DNA from: Candidatus Undinarchaeota archaeon
GTDB lineage: Archaea > SpSt-1190 > JASMDC01
DNA length: 64,000 nucleotides
Assembly (NCBI GenBank): GCA_964519305.1
Contig: CAZFHY010000011.1
Location: 1 to 64,000 of the forward strand
Direction: 5' to 3'
The notes under the pieces: generated by a model
What the model was told of the DNA's origin: nothing
The model's database searches: none
What the model saw: the letters and a program-made list of their open reading frames with translations, nothing else
Position numbers and translations under genes: made by a program
Shown here: positions 1-8,625 of the stretch, piece by piece
Position numbering within the stretch: the stretch's first letter is position 1
Layout: each line of letters starts with the position of its first letter

Positions 1-1466
1 TGCCGACTGTCCTGTTGCCACCCGACATGGATGTCGCCACCGAAGAGGTTGCTATCACCGAACGCAACATCAGCGAAGTTCTCGCACGCGATGGTGCACA
101 CCGCGCCCCCCAGGCAGTTCATAAGTAGGCATCGCCCGACCGCCTCGCCCCAGCTCTCGTCGCCCTGGGGTTTGGCCAGCAGGCAATATGCGCAGTTCTG
201 ACAGATGAAGGCACCGCGGTCCTCGCAGTTATCAGGATTGATCTCCACCCCCATGAACGATACGTTGTCCTTCATGTTCTTGCACATGAAGTTATTGACG
301 ATGAGAGGGCATACCTTGTACTGGAGAATGCATGTGATGGTGCAGTTGAGAATCTGCTCGCCGTCCCAGATGAACTTCTTCTGTTTCACGTCGTAGTAGA
401 ACCCCTCGTTGATGCACTCGCCGCACTTGTAACAGATATCGAGGCATGACGCTTGGTCGATGTCCACGGGCTGGTCGGACACCTTCTGGATGAGGGCGTC
501 ACCTCCGGTGCAGATGCCCGCGCACATGGGGCCAATGATGAGCGCGCGAACACCACAGGCCATGAAGCAGTTAATACGTTCCTGCTTACCATCCACTGTG
601 ATGCATTCGCAGCATTGGTCCACAAGGGCATTGCACTCGTACTCCACCTGCACCTGCAGCGCTTTCTTCTGCGGGATGAATGAGAAGATACCCTCCATCA
701 TGTTCTCGCACACTTCCCCAAGGAGGGGGGCCGCGAGCGACTTGCACATGCACTTGCTGATGAGGCACTTGTTGAAGGCCTCTCTCCGTTCCTTCGAGGT
801 CTTGGCGCTGCCCGTGCCCGGTATCAGCGTCAAGAGGCACTGACCACAGTTCTTGCATACATTGAAGAGGAGCTCATTGTTGCTCCTACAGGGCGCCTCG
901 CACCCCATGATGTCCTCACAGATCTCGGAGAGGATCAGGTCACCTATACAATGCTCGATCCAGCAATTGCTCTCCTTCGAGTCACCGCCAGAGCCCGAGT
1001 CAGTGATAAAGCAATCCAGGCACCCGCAGCCGATCTCGACGCACTCGTCCGTGCGTACACGGGGGATCCACGAGGAGATGGCGTACTGGCATGGGGGCTT
1101 GAGTATGATGTCGCATAGGGGTTTACCAAGGCACCGGATGAGGCAGGATTTGATCTTATCCTCGGGTTCCAAGGCGCACTTCACGCACTCGATGCGTGTG
1201 CAGAGCTTGGTGCAGAAGTTATCACCACCGCACAGTTCCTTGCACAGGGGATTGATGATGGCGAGCAGCTGACGTATGACGCATTCCTGAAGGCATTCAT
1301 CGCGGGCGGACGAGTCACTTATGCGGATGCACTCACCGCACTCGTAGCACATGTCGAGCATCTCGTCGCCCTTGATCGTGAAGTACTTGCCCGAGGATGC
1401 CGTCGTGGGAAGGAGGAAGAGCAGGAACAGTAAGAGCGCTACCGTCCTTCCTCGTAGAGCCTCCAA
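1..1466 (-). CDS. Secreted Cys-rich helical-repeat protein (partial; runs off the left edge, missing from the ORF track)
   Basis: Translated by hand from TTG at 1466 (RBS GAGGGG upstream): MEALRGRTVALLLFLLFLLPTTASSGKYF..., a signal peptide. The frame is open to position 1 and carries about 7 repeats of CxxCxxC...CxxxC...CxxxC. Confidence 0.85.
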   Translation of the reverse strand, partial: MEALRGRTVALLLFLLFLLPTTASSGKYFTIKGDEMLDMCYECGECIRISDSSARDECLQECVIRQLLAIINPLCKELCGGDNFCTKLCTRIECVKCALEPEDKIKSCLIRCLGKPLCDIILKPPCQYAISSWIPRVRTDECVEIGCGCLDCFITDSGSGGDSKESNCWIEHCIGDLILSEICEDIMGCEAPCRSNNELLFNVCKNCGQCLLTLIPGTGSAKTSKERREAFNKCLISKCMCKSLAAPLLGEVCENMMEGIFSFIPQKKALQVQVEYECNALVDQCCECITVDGKQERINCFMACGVRALIIGPMCAGICTGGDALIQKVSDQPVDIDQASCLDICYKCGECINEGFYYDVKQKKFIWDGEQILNCTITCILQYKVCPLIVNNFMCKNMKDNVSFMGVEINPDNCEDRGAFICQNCAYCLLAKPQGDESWGEAVGRCLLMNCLGGAVCTIACENFADVAFGDSNLFGGDIHVGWQQDSR

Positions 1467-1547
1467 GACTTTCCCCTCAGGCGAGACGCAAAACAGCTCT
1501 CGCTGACCAGTATAGGCTTATTCATTTGCACGCTTTAAACCTTTGGT

Positions 1548-2543
1548 TCATGTGCGTGAAGAGGGGCCCGAATGGGCGGCAAAACCGTCGGTCCCGGCGA
1601 GCGCTTCGGAAGCATTCCCGTCGGCACCAATAACACGCACAGGGCCGCGAGTGACAATGCCGATATCAGCCGACCTGATACCTTTACTGGCAAGTGCCTC
1701 CTGCGCGTTCGCTGCACCATCGGGCGTACAGAACGCGATCAGGGCCCCTGTTGACGAGGACGAACGAGGGTCTATGTCGAACGTTCCCAACACCTTGGCC
1801 ACATCAGCATCCACGAACAGGGCGTCCCCCTGCAGATCAGCCCCGAGTCCCGTGGCCGCTCTCATCTCGCCCAGCGCGCCGAACAGCCCGCCTTCCGTGA
1901 GATCGTGCATACAGACCGCCCACGGACCGATCAGACGGGCCTCCGCCACACAGGTCGCATCCCTTACCGTTCCTCGCAGAACCTCTGCACGCGCGGCCCC
2001 TAGGATCGACTCGACGCGCTCCCGCCGGCTCAAGGCGAGGTGACACGCGGTCTCACCGCCAAGGCCCTTGACGAGCAGGATGTGCATCCCCGGGCGGATG
2101 TTCGCGGGGGAGAGGAGTCGCTCGGTGAACCCCATGACCGTTGTGACTACAACGGGCTCCGCCAGAGCAGGATAGGCGCCGGAGTGGCCACCGATAATTG
2201 AAATGTCCAGGTCACGACATGCCGCGTCCATCTGTGCCGTGATGGTATCCAGGACCGCTACGTCCGCCCCCGGGGGTAGGAGTATGTCAGATACCAGGTA
2301 CTGGGGTGCGGCACCGAACACGGCAACGTCGCTGGCGGAATAGTGGACCGCAAGATAGCCCAGATGGTCCAGCGGCACACCCAGAGCAGGATCGCTGGCG
2401 ATGACCAGGAAACGGTCACCAAGGTCCAATGCACAGGCATCGTGTCCCGGGGCAGGTGGTGCGGCCAACGCGTCCGCATGTGCACCCAGCCTCCCGAGCA
2501 CGTATCGTGCCAACAGATTGGGAGGGAGCTTTCCCACGTCCAC
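1548..2543 (-). CDS. AIR synthase-related (PurM/HypE/ThiL superfamily) protein
   Basis: Motifs GKLP, GHDACAL, ASDP, SDVAVFGA, IIGGHS, MHDLTEGGL. Start moved to GTG 2543 (RBS GGTGAGGG) to remove the overlap with the divergent gene. Confidence 0.85.
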   Translation of the reverse strand: MDVGKLPPNLLARYVLGRLGAHADALAAPPAPGHDACALDLGDRFLVIASDPALGVPLDHLGYLAVHYSASDVAVFGAAPQYLVSDILLPPGADVAVLDTITAQMDAACRDLDISIIGGHSGAYPALAEPVVVTTVMGFTERLLSPANIRPGMHILLVKGLGGETACHLALSRRERVESILGAARAEVLRGTVRDATCVAEARLIGPWAVCMHDLTEGGLFGALGEMRAATGLGADLQGDALFVDADVAKVLGTFDIDPRSSSSTGALIAFCTPDGAANAQEALASKGIRSADIGIVTRGPVRVIGADGNASEALAGTDGFAAHSGPSSRT

Positions 2544-2610
2544 ATCACCCTCACCCACGCAAGATATATAAGGCCGGGGTAGAGCGGAGCATTGACAGGG
2601 GACCCCGATC

Positions 2611-3375
2611 GTGTACGACGTGGAGATCGATGACGGGTACAGGGTGGACGCCCTCGTGACCGATTTCGACAGTACGCTCTCTGTCAAGAACACGACACCC
2701 GGCGTTATGGAGATCATCTACAGACACGCAGATGAACCTGACGCCACCCGCGAGGAGATGGGCGGGCTCATTGACGCTTACTTCGCTGAGAAGCGGGAGG
2801 CCGTCGAGGGTGGAGGGAACATGGAGGAGATGCTAGAACGCTGGAGCCGGATCGAGCGCAAGTACTCGGCCATCGTAGCCCCCTACTTCACGGGCGTCAC
2901 ACGAGAAGAGATGAAAGAGGAAGGGTACAATGTAGAGCTCCGTGAGCATGCGGGGCAGGCGGTGGATCATCTGAGGAGTGCCGGCGTGTCCGTTGCGGTC
3001 GACACGAACAACTGGTCCTCATCACTGGTGACAGCGGCACTTGAGGGTCGTGTGTCCGTTGACGATGTGTACGCGAACCGCCTCGTTTACGGGGACGACG
3101 ATGTATGCACGGGCGAGATGTTGTTCGACAACGTCGACCCTCTGGCAAAGCGTGATGCGTTGCTCGATTACAAACAGAAGACCGGTGCACGACAGGTTGC
3201 ATATGTGGGTGACGACCTCAACGACCTTGCCTGCATGGTGGTGGCAGACATAGCTTTCGCCATCAAACCATCGGATGAGCTCTTGGGGGCCATCCAACAC
3301 TACGGCATTGAGGATCATGTCAGGGTGGTCGAGTCCTGGGACGAGATTGAGGGAGCGTTGCGCACCAACAAGTGA
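2611..3375 (+). CDS. HAD-superfamily phosphatase (phosphoserine phosphatase-like)
   Basis: Motif I DFDSTL, motif III Lys (AKRD), motif IV YVGDDLND. Confidence 0.8.
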   Translation: MYDVEIDDGYRVDALVTDFDSTLSVKNTTPGVMEIIYRHADEPDATREEMGGLIDAYFAEKREAVEGGGNMEEMLERWSRIERKYSAIVAPYFTGVTREEMKEEGYNVELREHAGQAVDHLRSAGVSVAVDTNNWSSSLVTAALEGRVSVDDVYANRLVYGDDDVCTGEMLFDNVDPLAKRDALLDYKQKTGARQVAYVGDDLNDLACMVVADIAFAIKPSDELLGAIQHYGIEDHVRVVESWDEIEGALRTNK

Positions 3376-3513
3376 TCGCTCAGTGACTTCTTTCAATTAC
3401 GTAGGATTAATTGGAATCCGACAAATATCAGTAAATTAGAGGGTCAGTGCTTCAAGTGACCCCCTTTCATCCGTCCGCCCTCGGAGAAATCCTTAAAAAC
3501 AAATCGTTGACCG

Positions 3514-3642
3514 ATGATAACCGTGGAGTCATACGCCCATATCGACTTCCTCAAGGACTTTGATAGTTATTTTGTTACCGAAGGGATCGATCTCAACGAG
3601 GACCTCAACGACCAGTGGGCGGGCTGGATGATCTACTTCTAA
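3514..3642 (+). CDS. Putative 42-aa small acidic protein
   Basis: MITVESYAHIDFLKDFDSYFVTEGIDLNEDLNDQWAGWMIYF*. TTAAAAA lies at 3493-3499 upstream and the codons look coding-like. Confidence 0.4.
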   Translation: MITVESYAHIDFLKDFDSYFVTEGIDLNEDLNDQWAGWMIYF

Positions 3643-3705
3643 AGGGCTGGAAAAGAGCTTCCTTGCACGTATTCATCCTCAGTAAATGGGCGCAGGCCAA
3701 CAAAC

Positions 3706-3713
3706 TATATAAG
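3706..3713 (+). promoter_or_regulatory. TATA box for the pilin-like array
   Basis: TATATAAG preceded by an A-rich BRE-like stretch, about 30 nt before ATG 3743. Confidence 0.55.
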
Positions 3714-3742
3714 GAGCCATGGGCACATCAATCTACAGGGAC

Positions 3743-3958
3743 ATGACGAATCCATTGTCACGTCTGATGCGGGCGAACCGCGGGGAGGAGGAGCAATCCC
3801 TCCTGTTGGTTATCATCGTGGCAGTGATGGTGTTCGCCGTGCTCTGGCTCGCAATCGGAAAGGCGGGACGATCGGTCGCTTTGGTGTTCGCAGGGTTCTT
3901 CAAGATGATCTGGAGCACCATCAAGGGAATGACCGGGATGGATTACCTGTTCAGGTGA
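3743..3958 (+). CDS. Minimal pilin-like protein (class III signal peptide)
   Basis: Basic leader ending NRG, then EEEQS and a hydrophobic helix LLLVIIVAVMVFAVLWL; short amphipathic tail. Confidence 0.65.
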   Translation: MTNPLSRLMRANRGEEEQSLLLVIIVAVMVFAVLWLAIGKAGRSVALVFAGFFKMIWSTIKGMTGMDYLFR

Positions 3959-4158
3959 AGGGCATGGGACGGCTCACCGATCTTGTTCGCAGTCGGCGCG
4001 GCGCTATGGGCGAAGCCATCGAGATTAACTTCTGGACCATCGTCGCTGTTCTCGTTGTGGCCGTTATCGTGTTCACACTCTACAATTTTGCTAGACAGGC
4101 CCAGCCATCCTTCGTTCAATGGTTAGCGGACATCATGGACATGTCCATGGGTGAATGA
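3955..4158 (+). CDS. Minimal pilin-like protein
   Basis: RSRRG/AMGEAIEINFWTIVAVLVVAVIVF; GTGA overlap with the previous gene. Confidence 0.7.
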   Translation: MKGMGRLTDLVRSRRGAMGEAIEINFWTIVAVLVVAVIVFTLYNFARQAQPSFVQWLADIMDMSMGE

Positions 4159-4414
4159 CATGGGCCTGCTCACGAACCGAAGGGGCATCAAGGCCAACGT
4201 GTACGACTTCATGATCTTCGTCATCATCTTCCTGCTGGTGCTAATGCTTGTGTTCACCCTTGCTGGATGGCGGATGGTCGAGATAATTCATAAACCTGCT
4301 CAGCGGATAGGTGACGATACGGCCGGCAAGGCACGGGACAATATGGCCTGGAACGGAGTTAAGAAGTCCACGGGGTTCATCAAGCTCCCAATGGGCGGCC
4401 TCCCCTTCGCGTGA
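4151..4414 (+). CDS. Minimal pilin-like protein
   Basis: NRRG/IKANVYDFMIFVIIFLLVLMLVF. Confidence 0.7.
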   Translation: MNDMGLLTNRRGIKANVYDFMIFVIIFLLVLMLVFTLAGWRMVEIIHKPAQRIGDDTAGKARDNMAWNGVKKSTGFIKLPMGGLPFA

Positions 4415-4458
4415 AATGTCGTGGTAGGTACACCCAATTACCACTACCCAATGACAAC

Positions 4459-4468
4459 TTATATAAAA
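4459..4468 (+). promoter_or_regulatory. Internal TATA box within the pilin array
   Basis: TTATATAAAA in an AT-rich 89-nt gap, followed by RBS GAGGGAG before ATG 4504. Confidence 0.6.
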
Positions 4469-4503
4469 CCTTACGTACATAGTATGTAATAGAGGGAGCA
4501 CTC

Positions 4504-4716
4504 ATGCTACGCACCCTAATCAGGTCGAAACGCGGTGAGCTGGGCGGACCCACCCGCATCAGTCTCAAGAAGATTCTTCCCGCGATCATCATGATGGTGC
4601 TCTTTCTGCTAGTGGGCTTCGCCCTGCTCCGTTCACGCGGTTATCTGGACTTCGAGACCCTTACGGGCACGTTCACCAAGACCGTGGAATCGGGGATGGA
4701 TATAGGAGGGATGTAG
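4504..4716 (+). CDS. Minimal pilin-like protein (candidate major subunit)
   Basis: RSKRG/ELGG...ILPAIIMMVLFLLVGFALL; has its own TATA box and RBS. Confidence 0.7.
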   Translation: MLRTLIRSKRGELGGPTRISLKKILPAIIMMVLFLLVGFALLRSRGYLDFETLTGTFTKTVESGMDIGGM

Positions 4717-4719
4717 CAC

Positions 4720-4911
4720 TTGTACTTACGCTACCTGCACCCATTAAAGAACCTGCGCCGCCTGGGACGCGACCAGCGCGGAATAACCATGTCACGAGAC
4801 ATGCTCATCGGGACCGTGATCGCTCTGCTAATGCTGGCGTTCCTACTCATGGTCATCGGTGACCGGATCGTGCCCATGGCGAACTCAGCGCTCTCTTGGG
4901 GACCAAAATGA
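4720..4911 (+). CDS. Minimal pilin-like protein
   Basis: DQRG/ITMSRDMLIGTVIALLMLAFLLMVI; TTG start after RBS GGAGGG. Confidence 0.7.
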   Translation: MYLRYLHPLKNLRRLGRDQRGITMSRDMLIGTVIALLMLAFLLMVIGDRIVPMANSALSWGPK

Positions 4912-5342
4912 AAGCACATCGCGGGGTCGTGGGTATATTCTACCTCGTCCTCGCGGCAGTGATAACGCTGGCAGTCTCGATCCTCATCATGCAGGCCATG
5001 TATAACCGAGCCGCTAACGCAGGAAAGAAACCGACCGATCAGGGCCTTCAGGGCAGGATCGTCGCTCTCTGCACCCAGCTGACCGGCCCGGACACCTTCG
5101 ATGCCACGGAGACCGTTGAGCTCCCCTCCAAGGTGGACGGCCGAGAGGTCGCTCGCCTCGTGATGATGTACTGCTTCCCGGGAGTATCTCCCGGCGATAT
5201 TACGGTAGAGAATGACTGTTCGCGCGAAGCTCCCGGACACGTTCTCCACTGGTGCGGATCTACCGAGCTGCTGGGTACAAAACGCTTTTCAGCAGAGATG
5301 TCCCGCGATACCGAGTTCGATGTCCGATTGAGGGTGAGCTGA
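4908..5342 (+). CDS. Pilin-like protein with Cys-containing globular domain
   Basis: MKAHRG/VVGIFYLVLAAVITLAV; ATGA overlap with the previous stop; 4 Cys. Confidence 0.7.
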   Translation: MKAHRGVVGIFYLVLAAVITLAVSILIMQAMYNRAANAGKKPTDQGLQGRIVALCTQLTGPDTFDATETVELPSKVDGREVARLVMMYCFPGVSPGDITVENDCSREAPGHVLHWCGSTELLGTKRFSAEMSRDTEFDVRLRVS

Positions 5343-5936
5343 ATGATTGCCGTCGACTCGTTCCGCAAGGTCGTGGGATTCGTCGTCATTCTAGGTCTCA
5401 TCGTTGCTATCATATATGGCGTTGCTTACGAACGGATATCGCGCGTGGGGAACAAGTTCGTAGACATGTTCGCATGCCCGCCGCTTGCGACCTGCGGTAC
5501 TGGCCCGAAGAACCAGTGCCCTCTCTTAGCTAGTCTCGATATGCCGATTCTCACTAAAGGCGATTCGCTCATGGCAGGCAAGTGCCGCCTCCGCATATGT
5601 AACCGGAAGTCCATTGGGGGAGAGCCCAACCGCGACTATAGGGTGGAGGTCTGCCGGAGCGCTGTGGCCAATCCCGGAAAGAAGGAGGTTGCCGAACAGG
5701 AGTGCGTCCTCCTCACTGATCCCCGGGGTAAGGTGAAGCAGTTCAACCTCGCGAAGGAAGGCGTGACCGAGTACGAGTGCGCTAACGTCTGGCGCCCTGC
5801 GGATCTCGATCTCACACGCTCGGAGCGCGAGGTATCGATAGACCTTATAATCAACATCAAGAACAGCACTGGGCTGTTCAAGGTGGTGGACACTGAATGG
5901 AACGTACGCTACCAGCATCCGCTCGACGAAGCATAG
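5343..5936 (+). CDS. N-anchored Cys-rich protein of the pilin array
   Basis: N-terminal TM VVGFVVILGLIVAIIYGV, 8 Cys; no clear basic-Gly leader. Confidence 0.7.
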   Translation: MIAVDSFRKVVGFVVILGLIVAIIYGVAYERISRVGNKFVDMFACPPLATCGTGPKNQCPLLASLDMPILTKGDSLMAGKCRLRICNRKSIGGEPNRDYRVEVCRSAVANPGKKEVAEQECVLLTDPRGKVKQFNLAKEGVTEYECANVWRPADLDLTRSEREVSIDLIINIKNSTGLFKVVDTEWNVRYQHPLDEA

Positions 5937-6127
5937 GCCGACTGACCCGCGGTAAACGTGGCGGGATAGCAGACCAGCCAATCTATGCTTTAGCAACGCT
6001 TATATTGATGGCCGTGTTAATCTACGTCGCGTACACATGGTTATCAAGCAAACCAGAAATGATCACAAATGTCTTCGGAAGGACCCTGGACATGCTTACT
6101 GGGGCCTTTGAGGGGTTTTTAGGATGA
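5897..6127 (+). CDS. Minimal pilin-like protein
   Basis: GKRG/GIADQPIYALATLILMAVLIYVAY plus an amphipathic tail. Confidence 0.65.
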   Translation: MERTLPASARRSIGRLTRGKRGGIADQPIYALATLILMAVLIYVAYTWLSSKPEMITNVFGRTLDMLTGAFEGFLG

Positions 6128-6585
6128 ATACGAAAGGATCTATTGACACGTCGGTCGCAGCCCTTATAGCCATCGTACTTGGTGTAGGCGTTATTGCCTT
6201 CGGTGTCTATGGGCTCAACAAAGGCCAACGGACCTCGGACAACGTTGGCGTCATGGGAGATGCGGCACGAAGTCGCCTCGATCCACGGACGCTAGGTAAG
6301 TGTGCTGACTGGCACGATGATGGATACCCTCTTGGTATCGACGTCCTTCAGTACACCTATGGCTTCCCCACTATGTTTACTGGGCAGAGCATTGCTGGGT
6401 GCAAGAACCTACCGGACAAGATGGCAGACGCCAAGGAAGACGGCGTCCCGAGCTTGAAGTTCAGTGACAGCGATGTGAAGCGATGCGCTACCTACTGTGC
6501 GAAGATCGCACAGGAAAGGGACAAATGCATGTCCCAACGCGATCCGCAGTCCTGTATGGCCGAAGCATTTGCAAAGGTAAGATAA
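6124..6585 (+). CDS. Pilin-like protein, CxxW / C-x3-C-x9-C family
   Basis: MNTKG/SIDTSVAALIAIVLGV; CADW; CATYC-x9-C. Confidence 0.75.
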   Translation: MNTKGSIDTSVAALIAIVLGVGVIAFGVYGLNKGQRTSDNVGVMGDAARSRLDPRTLGKCADWHDDGYPLGIDVLQYTYGFPTMFTGQSIAGCKNLPDKMADAKEDGVPSLKFSDSDVKRCATYCAKIAQERDKCMSQRDPQSCMAEAFAKVR

Positions 6586-6604
6586 CCTTACACGGGGAAC
6601 TACC

Positions 6605-7138
6605 ATGAGGAGACGGGGTACGTTGAGTCAGTGGTTGGGTGGGCGCGCCCACATGAGCGTGGGAACTCGTCGCGCCACTATCAATCTGAGCCTTGGTGTT
6701 CTTGTGGCCATCGTGTTCGTAGTGCTCCTCGTCGCAATGGGTGCCCTTTCTGCAAGTCGTACCAAGAAGGACGTGCAGAACAGGTCCAAGGAGTTCAAGA
6801 CCCAGATACGCTCTCAACTCCTTTCAGCCAATCCCATTGCAAAGGCATGCTCATTATGGTTCACACAGGGACTTGGTATGCCAACGGCAGTCAACTACTA
6901 TAAGGTCCCAAGCTCGTCCAAATATGCCACGTGGGGTTGCTGTGACGATCTGGACGGGCTCGAACACGACAAGCTCAACGCCCAGCGTGTGAACAAATGC
7001 CTCAAGTCGTGCGGTCAGGCACTCTCCCTATTGGAGCGTTGTAGCCATGACTGGGACATCATGGACGGAGGCAAGTACGAGGATGCCCAGGCCTGTTACA
7101 AGTCACGGTTCGATAATGACGTGAGGTGCGCCTCATGA
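6605..7138 (+). CDS. Pilin-like protein, CxxW / C-x3-C-x9-C family
   Basis: RRA/TINLSLGVLVAIVFVV; CSLW; CLKSC-x9-C. The start may be ATG 6653. Confidence 0.75.
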   Translation: MRRRGTLSQWLGGRAHMSVGTRRATINLSLGVLVAIVFVVLLVAMGALSASRTKKDVQNRSKEFKTQIRSQLLSANPIAKACSLWFTQGLGMPTAVNYYKVPSSSKYATWGCCDDLDGLEHDKLNAQRVNKCLKSCGQALSLLERCSHDWDIMDGGKYEDAQACYKSRFDNDVRCAS

Positions 7139-7548
7139 GCCGGACCCGCGCCCAAATGAGCTTCATGCCACTAGTCGTGGTCATCCTCGGGATCTTCTTC
7201 CTCACAATCGGGCTCATCCTCATATACAACGCACGCGAGATCCAGAAGTCCGAAAAAGATATCGTCCTGTTCAAGAGCGTTTCATCGATACACAACATCT
7301 GTCGGTTCTGGAAGAATCCGGGACTTTACGTAGATGTCGCCATGCCTATACAGCTTGGCGAGGCCTTCGAGTCTGCGGGGCTTAACGCGGTCTATCCCTG
7401 CTCAAACACTAACGCAGACGGCATCAGGAACTGCATGTTGAAATGCGAGGCGCTGGAGCGGCTCGTGATGGTATGCAACATCCATGGCAACGATAGGAAC
7501 GTCGAAGAATGCAGCTCCACGAACATAAGGAGCCTGCTGATGAAATGA
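7135..7548 (+). CDS. Pilin-like protein, CxxW / C-x3-C-x9-C family
   Basis: MSRTRA/QMSFMPLVVVILGIFFL; CRFW; CMLKC-x9-C; ATGA overlap. Confidence 0.75.
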   Translation: MSRTRAQMSFMPLVVVILGIFFLTIGLILIYNAREIQKSEKDIVLFKSVSSIHNICRFWKNPGLYVDVAMPIQLGEAFESAGLNAVYPCSNTNADGIRNCMLKCEALERLVMVCNIHGNDRNVEECSSTNIRSLLMK

Positions 7549-7557
7549 GGGAATGCC

Positions 7558-8115
7558 ATGACTAGCGAAGGGCTGATGCGGGCATTGGTTGTGTTCATAC
7601 TGGGACTGGTGGTGCTCGCCGCCGGCGTCCAGATGCTTGGTAGGGCCAAGAAGGTCACCATGAAGAGCGCAGTCATCCCCAGTGATTACCAGGAGCTGAA
7701 ACGCATGAAGGTCCTGGTCGATAACTGCGGGGAGACCGGGTGGGGTGCGGACCTTATCCGTGGCAAGCTCCTCTCAGGGAAGGTCGAGTGCGACACGACC
7801 TGCAAGGCCAACTTTGCAGAACACTACCGTGACATACCCCGGGCCGTGGAAGGTCTCTTCCTTGTGAAGAGCCGCTTCTGCTCCTCCTCTGGCTGCCCGG
7901 CCACGCGCCGGTGTGCCGAGGCGGTGAAATTGGCCAGCATCGGCAGTACATCGACTTATAAAGATAAGTTGAAAGGATACGCTGAAGCGTGTGCCCAGGT
8001 CTGTGCATGGAGCATGCAGAGGCACGAGGTGTGCGCCTCGCAAATGGCTGAGGTGTACACTAAGGGCAGCGGCTTCAGTTCTCCCTGTGCGGACAGGGAG
8101 GGCGAACTACCGTAG
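7558..8115 (+). CDS. Pilin-array protein, C-x3-C-x9-C family
   Basis: N-terminal TM ALVVFILGLVVLAAGV; CAQVC-x9-C; no basic-Gly leader. Confidence 0.7.
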   Translation: MTSEGLMRALVVFILGLVVLAAGVQMLGRAKKVTMKSAVIPSDYQELKRMKVLVDNCGETGWGADLIRGKLLSGKVECDTTCKANFAEHYRDIPRAVEGLFLVKSRFCSSSGCPATRRCAEAVKLASIGSTSTYKDKLKGYAEACAQVCAWSMQRHEVCASQMAEVYTKGSGFSSPCADREGELP

Positions 8116-8127
8116 AGGTGAGGGGAA

Positions 8128-8625
8128 ATGGTTCCATCAACGACATCGAACCGGGGCCAGGGGCAGCCTGTCTGGATCCTGGTGGCCGTTCTTCTGGCGG
8201 TCATCGTGGCAGTGACCATGTACAGGCTCGTCACACGGCTCGACGTGGATGAGCTGCCTGACGTGGACGTTGCGACGGCAACGACCCGATTTATGCAGCA
8301 GTGTCAACAGTGGGATGACATGGAGTGGAACCAGTACAGCAAGCCTAAAGCGGAGGAAGCCAAACATTCCATGGAGTTGTATGCCTGGCGTGCGAACCGC
8401 ATCCTCACGAAGGAAGAAGTGGAGGCGGGAAAGCAGGTCATGCCCTGCGACTGTATAGTCTACCTCCACATGCGAAACCTCGTCGACTACGGGGAGACCA
8501 TCCAGCTGTGGAAGCAGCACAAAGATTGCAATTCCTGGGCCAGGAACACCGGCTGCTCGAAGAACTTCTGCGGAACGGGCGAAGCAGCAGGAGAGTGCAA
8601 GAAGGCCCATGCGTGCCCCACGTAG
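8128..8625 (+). CDS. Pilin-like protein with CxxW motif
   Basis: SNRG/QGQPVWILVAVLLAVIVAV; CQQW; Cys-rich C-terminus; RBS GAGGTGA. Confidence 0.75.
   Translation: MVPSTTSNRGQGQPVWILVAVLLAVIVAVTMYRLVTRLDVDELPDVDVATATTRFMQQCQQWDDMEWNQYSKPKAEEAKHSMELYAWRANRILTKEEVEAGKQVMPCDCIVYLHMRNLVDYGETIQLWKQHKDCNSWARNTGCSKNFCGTGEAAGECKKAHACPT

Noticed and set aside
1-1466. CxxCxxC motifs as ferredoxin or multiheme sites
   Set aside because: The protein has a signal peptide, no repeated CxxCH and no CxxCxxCxxxCP; disulfides are more likely.
2544-2717. Long N-terminal extensions in the ORF track (also 28598-28738, 29952-30116, 33151-33246, 53315-53431, 57975-58058)
   Set aside because: They overlap neighbouring genes or promoters; family motifs and RBS/TATA positions support later starts.
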